Shown: positions 8,303 through 16,258 of the stretch, one piece after another
Layout: each line of letters begins with the position of its first letter
How positions within the stretch are numbered: position 1 is the stretch's first letter
Source: Oscillospiraceae bacterium
GTDB lineage: Bacteria > Bacillota > Clostridia > Oscillospirales > Oscillospiraceae
NCBI GenBank assembly: GCA_017398685.1
Contig: JAFQFH010000001.1
Location: 1,052 to 65,051 of the forward strand
Direction of reading: 5' to 3'
Length of the DNA stretch: 64,000 nucleotides
The notes under the pieces: generated by a model
Databases searched by the model: none
Told to the model about the DNA's origin: nothing
The model's input: only the letters and a program-made list of their open reading frames with translations
Program-made: the position numbers and the translations under genes

Positions 8303-8356
8303 CACCTGGATTCGGCGCCATTCGGGCACTGGGACGCTGTATAATGGAGGCGCCAC
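8303..8356 (-). repeat. Degenerate tRNA-Cys fragments
   Basis: 8303-8315 matches 8534-8546 at 12 of 13 positions and is fused to cgcca, which resembles the tRNA 5' end. 8345-8356 (tggaggcgccac) is identical to 8525-8536. Confidence 0.7.
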
Positions 8357-8487
8357 GTCGTCAAAATAACTGTGAGTGTCATGTGCCGCCGCAAGCGGCT
8401 GCACATTGACAGGCACAGTTATTTTTCCTCTCCAAATCAAAACCACTTCGTTGGGTTTTGATTTGGTAATCCGAAATATGACACTTC

Positions 8488-8520
8488 CAAAAAAAGAACC
8501 GACCCAATGGGTCGGTCCTT
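8488..8520 (-). terminator. Terminator of the minus-strand tRNA operon
   Basis: On the minus strand: accgaccc-att-gggtcggt followed by TCTTTTTTT, immediately after tRNA-Cys. Confidence 0.8.
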
Positions 8521-8524
8521 TTTT

Positions 8525-8599
8525 TGGAGGCGCCACCCGGATTCGGACCGGGGAATCGCGGATTTGCAGTCCGCTGCCTTACCACTTGGCTATGGCGCC
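8525..8599 (-). tRNA. tRNA-Cys (GCA)
   Basis: The reverse complement folds as ggcgcca..gcgga-ctGCAaa-tccgc..T arm ccggg (T loop tccgaat; the two stem strands were not individually resolved)..tggcgcc-t-CCA. Confidence 0.9.
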
Positions 8600-8643
8600 A
8601 TATAAGATTTGCGGGCGAAACAAAGCCCGCAAATCTGTTTTAT

Positions 8644-8719
8644 TGGAGCGGCTTACGAGGCTCGAACTCGCTACCTCCACCTTGGCAAGGTGGCGCTCTA
8701 CCGGATGAGCTAAAGCCGC
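8644..8719 (-). tRNA. tRNA-Gly (GCC)
   Basis: The reverse complement is gcggctttagctc...ccacc-ttGCCaa-ggtgg...ttcgagc...aagccgc-t-CCA. Confidence 0.9.
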
Positions 8720-8743
8720 ATGCTACCCGCCTTTAAAGGCGGG

Positions 8744-8819
<76 letters not shown>

Positions 8820-8831
8820 GTGTCAATAAGA

Positions 8832-8908
8832 TGGTGGGAACAACTGGACTCGAACCAGTGACCCCCTGCTTGTAAGGCAGGTGCTCTAACCAGCTGAGCT
8901 ATGCTCCC
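8832..8908 (-). tRNA. tRNA-Val (TAC)
   Basis: The reverse complement is gggagcatagctcagctggttagagc-a-cctgc-ctTACaa-gcagg...ttcgagt...tgttccc-a-CCA. Confidence 0.9.
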
Positions 8909-8924
8909 GCGTGACAGCTCAGTA

Positions 8925-8953
8925 ATAATACATCAGAAAACCGAACTTGTCAA
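8925..8953 (-). promoter_or_regulatory. SigA-type promoter of the Val-Phe-Gly-Cys tRNA operon
   Basis: On the minus strand: TTGACA (8953-8948), a 17-nt spacer, TATTAT (8930-8925), about 16 nt before tRNA-Val. Confidence 0.8.
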
Positions 8954-8985
8954 TATCTTATTGAAAAATTTTTGGGAAATTTTGT

Positions 8986-9870
8986 TTATTCCCTTTTTGC
9001 GTCTGCAATGGCGCGAAGTTCTTGGGGTGTAAATGTGTACTCCGCATCGCAAAACTGGCAGCTTACGCTTATCTCGCGCCCTTCTGCCGCCATATCCTCA
9101 AGCTCCGCCTTTTCGATGCAGGACACGGCCTCCTCAACGCGCTCACGGCTGCAATAGCAGCGGTATTCCACCTCGGTCTCGCTGAGTATCTGGTAGTCAA
9201 GACCTTTGAGCACCTGACGGAAAACTTCCTCAATGCCGTCCTCGGCCAGTATGGTTGTCAGCTGATCCATGAAGAAGATATTGTCCTCAAGCTTTTCTAT
9301 AAGCTCCTCCGGGGCAAAGGGCAAAAGCTGCACGATAAAGCCGCCGGCGGCCTTGATAGTCCTGTCCGTATCCACCAGCACACCCAGCCCGCAGGCGGAG
9401 GGAATCTGTTCACTGGAGAGAAGGTAGGAACTCAGATCTTCCGCGATCTCGCCGCTTACAAGCTCAGTGGAGCCAATGTAGGGCTCCCTCAGTCCGATAT
9501 CCCGGCTGACAGTCAGCATACCGTCCTGACCCACAGCACCGCCCACATCCAGCTTGCCGTCGGAACGCAAAGGCAGATCCAGCCCCGGGTTTTCCACATA
9601 GCCGCGCACATTGCCCGAGCTGTCAGACACGGCAACCACGCTGCCGATTGGCCCGCCGCCGTTTACGCGGATAGTGAGGCTGCCGTCATCCTCCTTCATC
9701 ATTTCACCCATAAGTGAGGCAGCGCACAATGTGCGCCCCAAAGCCGCAGAGGCAGTGGGTGTGAGGGAGTGAATCTGCCTTGCTCTCTCTACTGTATCCC
9801 TTGCGGTGATAACCGACATTTTGATGTTGCCGTCTCCGGCCAGTGCTCTTATTATCTTATCCATTTTCAT
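8986..9870 (-). CDS. hslO: Redox-regulated chaperone Hsp33
   Basis: The C-terminal zinc centre is CYCSRERV...CQFCDAEY and the N-terminus is IRALAGDGNIKMSVITARDTV. The start is chosen at the ATG that overlaps the stop of the upstream gene. Confidence 0.9.
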   Translation of the reverse strand: MKMDKIIRALAGDGNIKMSVITARDTVERARQIHSLTPTASAALGRTLCAASLMGEMMKEDDGSLTIRVNGGGPIGSVVAVSDSSGNVRGYVENPGLDLPLRSDGKLDVGGAVGQDGMLTVSRDIGLREPYIGSTELVSGEIAEDLSSYLLSSEQIPSACGLGVLVDTDRTIKAAGGFIVQLLPFAPEELIEKLEDNIFFMDQLTTILAEDGIEEVFRQVLKGLDYQILSETEVEYRCYCSRERVEEAVSCIEKAELEDMAAEGREISVSCQFCDAEYTFTPQELRAIADAKRE

Positions 9871-10595
9871 TCGCCTCTGATAGCAGTGATAAATTGCCGC
9901 CCAAGCCCGGTCTGTGGCCCATCGGGGCAAAGCTTAATGTCCCGGAAGCCCTCCTTTTCCATGGCGGCTTTCAAAAATTCAAATTCGTGGATAAACTCCT
10001 CGTGCTCCTCCCGCTCCCGGCGCCACAGGCCGTTCTCTGCGGAAAAAATGTCCATCCCGTATACGATAAGCCCCTCGTCTTCCACAAGGTCTGCTCTCCA
10101 CAGGCAAAGCACGTCATCCTGCTCATCCACATATATCTGCCCGTCCATGGAGCGCAGCCACGCCGGTGAGCGCAGATCGAAGATAAAAAGTCCGCCCGGT
10201 CGGATGAAGAGCCGAAGCTTATTCATAAGCGCCGGCATATCCTCCGGCGGGATATAGTTCATACCGTCCAGCGAGCAGTAGGCAGCGTCCACCGTTCCGT
10301 ACAGGTCAAGCTCGCTTGCGTCCTGACAGAGGTACAAAGGCGGCGTTTCAAGCCCTTCGGACTTTTCACCAGCCTGCATCAGCATCTCCACAGATGCGTC
10401 CACACCGATCATTTCATAGCCCCGCTGGGCCATCATGCGGGTGAGTGTGCCCGTGCCGCAGCAAAGGTCCAGGATAAGATGAAACTTGCCGTCATGCTTT
10501 GCAAACTCCCGCTCGTAGAAATCCGCAAAGTCCCCGTATGGCACATCCCCGGTCAGTTGATCGTACCACTGGGCCAAAGGGCCGTAGCAGCTCAC
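9867..10595 (-). CDS. Class I SAM-dependent methyltransferase
   Basis: Motif I is ILDLCCGTGTLT, followed by an acidic loop (GVDAS). Confidence 0.85.
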   Translation of the reverse strand: MSCYGPLAQWYDQLTGDVPYGDFADFYEREFAKHDGKFHLILDLCCGTGTLTRMMAQRGYEMIGVDASVEMLMQAGEKSEGLETPPLYLCQDASELDLYGTVDAAYCSLDGMNYIPPEDMPALMNKLRLFIRPGGLFIFDLRSPAWLRSMDGQIYVDEQDDVLCLWRADLVEDEGLIVYGMDIFSAENGLWRREREEHEEFIHEFEFLKAAMEKEGFRDIKLCPDGPQTGLGRQFITAIRGE

Positions 10596-10888
10596 GCCTC
10601 GTCTCCCTTGGTGCGCTCAAAAACAATGGCGTAGCCGCCGTTGCCGTACTGGAGTGAGCGGTTGACACGGCTGATGGTGGCGCTGGATGCACCGGTTTCT
10701 GCCAGAATTTCGTTATAGATCATGCCGTTGTTCAGACAGTAGGCCACCTGATAGCGCTGCTCCATAGCCAGAAGCTCGGATACAGTGCAAAGGTCATCAA
10801 AAAATTTCATGCACTCCTCAACACTTTTGAGGCTGAGGATAGCTTTATACAAGTTTTCGTTGCGTGGTTTCTTGGGTAATTTGTTCAT
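10592..10888 (-). CDS. YerC/YecD family TrpR-like DNA-binding protein
   Basis: LCT..E....QR......L..G..Y..I...TGAS.ATISRV.R.L.YG..GY is the characteristic signature. Confidence 0.85.
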   Translation of the reverse strand: MNKLPKKPRNENLYKAILSLKSVEECMKFFDDLCTVSELLAMEQRYQVAYCLNNGMIYNEILAETGASSATISRVNRSLQYGNGGYAIVFERTKGDEA

Positions 10889-11085
10889 GCCTTACTCCAT
10901 ACCGCGTCCACTTCTCCGGAGAGGCGCGGCTGCCTGACTTCACGGTGATCGGCTTACCGTTATAGTGCCTGCGCCGAAAATTTGTCTTTCGCGCTTTAAA
11001 TAATATGATACAACTTTTCACTCGAAATGTAAAGAGCTAATGTGCTAAAGCGAGTGAACAAAATGTGAAATGTAAAACTAGGCAC

Positions 11086-11114
11086 TTGCACAAAATATGG
11101 CCTCATTATATAAT
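11086..11114 (+). promoter_or_regulatory. SigA-type promoter of the nfeD-SPFH operon
   Basis: TTGCAC, a 17-nt spacer, then TATAAT (11109-11114). Confidence 0.65.
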
Positions 11115-11151
11115 CACAATAAGAAATAATATTAAACGGAGGTGGCTCATT

Positions 11152-11601
11152 ATGGCCTTTGTACTTGGCGTTCCGGTGAATATGGCTATGGTCTGGCTTG
11201 TGGCCATGGTGGTGTTTCTTGTGATAGAAGCGCTGGTGCCGGGATTGGTTTCCCTTTGGTTTGCCCTTGGTGCGCTGGCGGCTGTGCTGGCAGCAGCACT
11301 GAACGCCCCCATATGGCTGCAGCTTGTGTGGTTTTTTGTGGTTTCCGTGGCGGCCCTGTGGCTGACACGTCCGCTGGTTAAAAAGTTTATCAACTCAAAG
11401 GTCCAGCCCACCAATGCCGATGCCGTCATCGGCAGAGAGTGCCTTGTAATCGAGGATATCGACAATATCCGTGCCACAGGCCGCGTGAAGGTCGGCGGCA
11501 TGGAATGGACTGCCCGCAGCGAAAAGGACGATGTGAAGTTCAGCTCGGGCGCGGTGGTCACAGCGGTGGCCATTGAGGGCGTAAAGCTCATAGTAAAATG
11601 A
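11152..11601 (+). CDS. NfeD-family membrane protein
   Basis: Three TM helices followed by a C-terminal OB-fold-like segment (GRVKVGGMEWTARS). The ATG at 11152 follows GGAGGTG. Confidence 0.85.
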   Translation: MAFVLGVPVNMAMVWLVAMVVFLVIEALVPGLVSLWFALGALAAVLAAALNAPIWLQLVWFFVVSVAALWLTRPLVKKFINSKVQPTNADAVIGRECLVIEDIDNIRATGRVKVGGMEWTARSEKDDVKFSSGAVVTAVAIEGVKLIVK

Positions 11602-11620
11602 TTTAAAAGGAGGAAAAAAT

Positions 11621-12514
11621 ATGGCACAGATTATTGTTATACTTGTAGTCGTTGCAATTTTGATCATTGTGCGGAATATCCGCATCGTACAGCAGGCCAA
11701 AGCCTATGTTATAGAGCGCCTGGGTGCATACAAGACCACATGGAACGTGGGCATTCATCTGAAAATACCTTTCATTGAGAGAGTTGCCAAGATAGTCTCC
11801 CTCAAGGAGCAGGTGGCGGACTTCCCACCTCAGCCGGTCATCACCAAGGACAACGTGACCATGCAGATAGACACGGTGGTATATTTCCAGATAACCGACC
11901 CCAGACTCTACACTTACGGCATTGAGCAGCCCATGCTGGCTATCGAAAATCTCTCCACCACCACGCTGCGTAACATCATCGGCGATCTGGAGCTGGACCA
12001 GTGCCTCACCAGCCGTGACCATATAAACTCCAAGATGCGCTCCATTCTAGACGAGGCCACCGACCCCTGGGGCATCAAGGTCAACCGTGTTGAGCTGAAG
12101 AACATTCTGCCGCCCAAAGAAATTCAGAGCGCCATGGAAAAGCAGATGAAGGCCGAGCGTGAGCGCCGTGAAGCTATCCTCCGCGCCGAGGGTGAAAAGC
12201 GCGCCGCCATACTGGAGGCCGAGGGCGAAAAGGAATCCGCCATACTCCGGGCCGATGCAAAGAAACAGCAGCAGATACTTGAGGCCGAAGGTCAGGCCGA
12301 GGCTATTTTGAAGGTGCAGCAGGCTACCGCCGAGGGCATAAAGCTTATAAACGAGGCTTGCCCCAGTGATGCGGTGATAAAGCTGAAGGCGCTTGAGTCC
12401 TTCGCTGCCGCAGCCAACGGCCAGTCCACAAAGATAATCATCCCCAGCGAGATACAGGGCCTTGCCGGTCTTGCAGCCGGTGTTATCGAAAGTGCAACTA
12501 AGCAAGAAAAATAA
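11621..12514 (+). CDS. SPFH/band-7 (stomatin-like) protein
   Basis: N-terminal TM helix, an SPFH core (IVQQAKAYVIERLGAY...VTKDNV.MQIDTVVYFQI), and an A/E/K-rich coiled coil. Confidence 0.9.
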   Translation: MAQIIVILVVVAILIIVRNIRIVQQAKAYVIERLGAYKTTWNVGIHLKIPFIERVAKIVSLKEQVADFPPQPVITKDNVTMQIDTVVYFQITDPRLYTYGIEQPMLAIENLSTTTLRNIIGDLELDQCLTSRDHINSKMRSILDEATDPWGIKVNRVELKNILPPKEIQSAMEKQMKAERERREAILRAEGEKRAAILEAEGEKESAILRADAKKQQQILEAEGQAEAILKVQQATAEGIKLINEACPSDAVIKLKALESFAAAANGQSTKIIIPSEIQGLAGLAAGVIESATKQEK

Positions 12515-12532
12515 AAAACACAAATAAATATC

Positions 12533-12563
12533 TGAAACCGGCGCTTACGCCGGTTTCAGTTTG
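12533..12563 (+). terminator. Rho-independent terminator
   Basis: ctgaaaccggcg-ctta-cgccggtttcag followed by TTT. Confidence 0.8.
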
Positions 12564-12574
12564 GAGGAAGAGCA

Positions 12575-13855
12575 ATGAGCAGTATAAAGGCAAAGGAATT
12601 TATCAAAAGACACGGCATGGCGCCTGAACTTTCAGATCCTGTAGCACTGGCAGAGCTGATGGTGAAGGATATGGAAAAGGGTCTTGAAGGCAAGGAAAGC
12701 TCCCTGCCCATGATCCCCACCTACATAAGCGGTGAGGGCGAAATCCCCCTCGGCGAAAAAGTAGTGGTCATTGATGCAGGCGGCACAAACTTCCGCTGCG
12801 GCCTCGCCAGCTTCACCGGCAGTGAATGGTGCGTTGAAAAAGTCAGCCGCCAGCGTATGCCCGGTATCGAAAAGCCCGCCACATGGGAGGAGTTTATCGC
12901 TTTTGTGGCTGACAATATCCAGCCCCTTCTCGCCGAGGCCGATAAGATATCCTTTTGCTTTTCCTACAATGCGGATATTACCCCGGAAATAGACGGTCTT
13001 GTAAAGCGCATCGACAAGGAAGTGGTCATCACCGGTTCCTCCGGCAAGCTGGTGGGCGCATCTCTGGAGGCTGAGCTTGAGCGCCGCGGCATCTCCGGCA
13101 AGCGGGTCTACATACTCAACGACACCGTTGCGGCCCTTCTGGGTGCAGCCTCTCTTATCGACAAGAGCAATTACAGCGGCTTTGCCGGGCAGATAAGCGG
13201 CACAGGTGCCAACACCTGCTGCACCCTGCCCTATAAGCGCATCCCCAAGCTCAATAGAGATGAGGACAAGAGCATACTTATAAACCTTGAATCCGGTCTC
13301 TTTGACGGCGTGCCTCAGGGTGACTTTGACCTGATACTGGACAAAGAGAGCAATAACCCCGGCGAGAAAATAATGGAAAAGCTCATCGCCGGCGCTTACT
13401 TAGGCGAGCTTGGCAGACTGAGCCTTGTTGCCGCCGCCGACGAAGGGCTTCTCTCCGAAGGCAGCTGTGCAAAGGTCCGCGACCTTGGCAAGATAGACGC
13501 TTCCTATATTGACGCATGGAGCTGCGGTGAGAAGCTGGAGCTGGCAGCCGACAATGAAGAGGATGGCGAGTTTGTAAAGGAGATAAGCCTTGCCCTCTTT
13601 GAGCGCGCCGCCAGATGCACCTGCGCCAATATCACCGCCATTATGCTGCTGACCGGTGCCGGCACCGAAAAGGACAAGCCCATGTGCGTTTGCGCCGAGG
13701 GCTCCCTTGTGGACAAGAGCACCCATTTCAGACCCATGTACCTCAAGTTCCTTGAGGAGTACGCCGCAGGCAAGCTCGGCCGCTACGCCGAGATAAAGGT
13801 GGGCAGGGACACTACTCTCCCCGGCTCCGCCGCAGCCGCACTTCTCAATAAGTAA
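12575..13855 (+). CDS. Hexokinase-family sugar kinase
   Basis: Motifs line up with eukaryote-type hexokinases: VIDAGGTNFRCG, ISFCFSY, ILNDTVAALLG, GTGANTCC, INLESGLF. Confidence 0.75.
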   Translation: MSSIKAKEFIKRHGMAPELSDPVALAELMVKDMEKGLEGKESSLPMIPTYISGEGEIPLGEKVVVIDAGGTNFRCGLASFTGSEWCVEKVSRQRMPGIEKPATWEEFIAFVADNIQPLLAEADKISFCFSYNADITPEIDGLVKRIDKEVVITGSSGKLVGASLEAELERRGISGKRVYILNDTVAALLGAASLIDKSNYSGFAGQISGTGANTCCTLPYKRIPKLNRDEDKSILINLESGLFDGVPQGDFDLILDKESNNPGEKIMEKLIAGAYLGELGRLSLVAAADEGLLSEGSCAKVRDLGKIDASYIDAWSCGEKLELAADNEEDGEFVKEISLALFERAARCTCANITAIMLLTGAGTEKDKPMCVCAEGSLVDKSTHFRPMYLKFLEEYAAGKLGRYAEIKVGRDTTLPGSAAAALLNK

Positions 13856-13867
13856 GAGGACAACCGT

Positions 13868-14833
13868 ATGAAGCTTTGCGTAGTAGATGGCAGCATCGTC
13901 AATCTGGGGGATCTGAGCTACAAGCAGTTTGAAAAATTCGGCGAGCTCACCGTGTTCAACTCCCATACACGCAGTCTGGAGGAAATTGTGCGCCGTGTGG
14001 GAGATGCTGACATTGTCATAGGCGACGGGCCCGACCTGCCTCCCGGACTGACGGATGCCTGTCCCAACATAAAACTCATCTGCGTCATGGCCACCGGCTA
14101 CGATGCCTCCGACGTGGATGGCAGCCGCAAAAACGGAGTGCCTCTTTGCAATGTGCCAAACTACGGCACCTATTCCGTCTCCCAGTACGCCATTTCCCTG
14201 CTGCTGGATATCTGCGGTCATGCCGCATTTTATTCAAGCGCCGTGCACGAGGGCAAGTGGTTTGAAATTTGGGATCACTGCGCCGGAGAGCATAAGCTCA
14301 TAGAGCTTGCAGGCAAGACCATGGGTGTTATCGGTTTTGGCAATATAGGCCGGGCCGTAGGCAATGTTGCCAAGGCTCTGGGTATGAATGTTGTGGCCTA
14401 TAACCGTTCCCGCTGTGCTGAGGGCGAGGCCATAGGGGAGTATGTGAGCCTTGAGGAGCTTTTTGCAAAAAGCGATGTTATATCGCTCCATGCGCCTCTC
14501 ACCGACAGCACAAAGCACATCATAAATAAAGAAAGCATCGCAAAGATGAAGGACGGGGTCATCATCATAAATAACGGCCGCGGCCCGCTGATAGACTCTG
14601 CCGCACTGGCTGAAGCCCTCCACTCCGGCAAGGTGTATGCCGCAGGGCTGGATGTTATCGAGGGTGAACCCAATGTTTGGGACAATCCTCTCCTCAAGGC
14701 ACCCCGCTGCCTTATCACGCCACACATCAGCTGGCTGCCCAAGGAAAGCCGCCAGAAGATACTGGACATCACCGAGGCCAATATTCAGGCCTTTCTGGAT
14801 GGCAAGCCCCAGAACGTGGTCAACGGCGTGTGA
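13868..14833 (+). CDS. D-isomer-specific 2-hydroxyacid dehydrogenase (glycerate/hydroxypyruvate reductase-like)
   Basis: Rossmann motif GVIGFGNIGRAV, plus NNGRGPLID and the catalytic ITPHISW. Confidence 0.9.
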   Translation: MKLCVVDGSIVNLGDLSYKQFEKFGELTVFNSHTRSLEEIVRRVGDADIVIGDGPDLPPGLTDACPNIKLICVMATGYDASDVDGSRKNGVPLCNVPNYGTYSVSQYAISLLLDICGHAAFYSSAVHEGKWFEIWDHCAGEHKLIELAGKTMGVIGFGNIGRAVGNVAKALGMNVVAYNRSRCAEGEAIGEYVSLEELFAKSDVISLHAPLTDSTKHIINKESIAKMKDGVIIINNGRGPLIDSAALAEALHSGKVYAAGLDVIEGEPNVWDNPLLKAPRCLITPHISWLPKESRQKILDITEANIQAFLDGKPQNVVNGV

Positions 14834-14841
14834 ATATTTAC

Positions 14842-14877
14842 AAAAAAGTGAGGAAGCTTCGGCTTCCTCACTTTTTT
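14842..14877. terminator. Bidirectional terminator
   Basis: aaaaaagtgaggaagc-ttcg-gcttcctcactttttt. Confidence 0.85.
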
Positions 14878-15118
14878 ACCATTCTCTCAGCACCAGATCA
14901 GTCTCGCCCATATTCAGCCCCAATTCGATGCGCTTGACCTGCGGGTGCCTGGCATAGTCCCGGCGGATTGCGTCCCGCAGCACAGTACCGCCGTGGTAGC
15001 CGTGGATCACACGCAAGCGGTACGCGCCCTTTGAGCGCCTCAGCTTTGAGTCAATGGCAATTTTTGCCTGATAGAGGCTCATATTGTGCACATCTATCTC
15101 AACTATGCTCTCATTCAT
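14876..15118 (-). CDS. Smr-domain protein
   Basis: It is 80 aa. EIDVHNMSLYQAKIAI....R......LRVIHGYHGGTVLRDAI matches the Smr pattern. Confidence 0.8.
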   Translation of the reverse strand: MNESIVEIDVHNMSLYQAKIAIDSKLRRSKGAYRLRVIHGYHGGTVLRDAIRRDYARHPQVKRIELGLNMGETDLVLREW

Positions 15119-15768
15119 ATAAGCTCCCCCGTATAGCCCAGCGCTACCATGTTCTCAAAAGCCGACCTCACATAATCGGGCAGGGGCTGGGGTATCTGAA
15201 AGCCCTTTTCAGCGTAAATCTCCATACGCTGAACATCGCCTACGATAACATCTATGACGGCCTTCTCCGTCATGTCCTGGGCCATGGTGCGCTCAATATA
15301 TTCCTCCATGTCCAAAAGGGGCGAGGTCATGGTGAAATCCGCCTCCGGCCAGTAAGCCTTCATGGCCGCCCAGACCCGCCGCTCCATAAAGGGCTTGTGC
15401 ACGCAAAGAAGCTTTTTGTCCGCAAGGCCGTGGGCTTTTAAAATCTCCCGGCTGAAGGTGATGTTTTCCCCGGTGTTGCTGGAGCGGTTTTCGATGAGAA
15501 TAACATTCTCCGGCACACCCAGTTCTACGGCAATATCCCGGTAGCGTTCAGCCTCGCTGCTGCTCCAGCGGCTTTTGGTATTACGGCCAAGCCCACCGGA
15601 AAAGAGAACGACAGGGGCATAGCCATCCTTATAGAGCTGGGCGCAGCGGATGGCGATATCGTCATTTATGCAGCCAAAGCCCACAATGCAGTCGGCGCTC
15701 TCCGCTTCCTGCCCAAGGCGCATCCAGTCCCATATGATTTTCAGATTTTTACTTGCAGCTATTTCCAT
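15115..15768 (-). CDS. YdcF/DUF218 family protein
   Basis: VLFSGGLGRNT...SEAERY...ILIENRSSNTGENI is a typical DUF218 core. Confidence 0.85.
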   Translation of the reverse strand: MEIAASKNLKIIWDWMRLGQEAESADCIVGFGCINDDIAIRCAQLYKDGYAPVVLFSGGLGRNTKSRWSSSEAERYRDIAVELGVPENVILIENRSSNTGENITFSREILKAHGLADKKLLCVHKPFMERRVWAAMKAYWPEADFTMTSPLLDMEEYIERTMAQDMTEKAVIDVIVGDVQRMEIYAEKGFQIPQPLPDYVRSAFENMVALGYTGELI

Positions 15769-15833
15769 AAGTTCACGCCCCTTTTTAATTAAGGATGATT
15801 ATAATATAGTTTGCGTCCCGCAACAAGATTTAA

Positions 15834-15862
15834 TTGACAAATCACCTTTCTGGTGGTATCGT
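15834..15862 (+). promoter_or_regulatory. Candidate promoter of the T-box leader
   Basis: TTGACA, a 17-nt spacer, then an extended -10 (TGG-TATCGT). Confidence 0.5.
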
Positions 15863-15879
15863 AAGTGCAAGTTCATATC

Positions 15880-16160
15880 AAACCGTTGACGCGGAGATAA
15901 AGTCGGTGATGCCTTCACAGAGAGCCTGCGGCGCTGAAAGTCAGGTAAGAAACACATCGGCAAATGGACCGCTGAGGGCGCAGTCAAAGGCGAAGATGCG
16001 CTGAGTATTCTGCGACGTGGGGCATACGTCAGTTGCCGGGAATATGTTGGTATTCCGCTGAGGGTACAGCGTCAAAGCTGTGAAATCAAGGTGGCACCGC
16101 GGATAGTTTTTATTCGTCCTTGACAGATAAGTTGAAGTCTGTCCGGGGCGTTTTTCTTTT
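15880..16160 (+). promoter_or_regulatory. T-box riboswitch, Trp-specific (specifier UGG)
   Basis: Stem I elements are AGAGAG...GCGCTGAAAG. The specifier-loop UGG at 15965-15967 is followed by A. The T-box is aatcaaGGTGGCACCGCGG (16084-16102). A terminator at 16115-16150 is followed by TTTTTCTTTT. Confidence 0.85.
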
Positions 16161-16258
16161 GCGGAGGAAGATAATATGAAGCTGTACACTAAACGATGGC
16201 GACGCTGAGCTTTTGCCGCCACATCGAATAAAATATAATTATTTCGGAGGATATAAAA

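Noticed and set aside
8115-8736. ORFs of 68-110 aa listed in the track across the tRNA locus (8115-8369, 8279-8536, 8376-8708, 8379-8585, 8524-8736).
   Set aside because: They run through tRNA genes, tRNA fragments and terminator hairpins. They have no SD sites and no protein-like composition.
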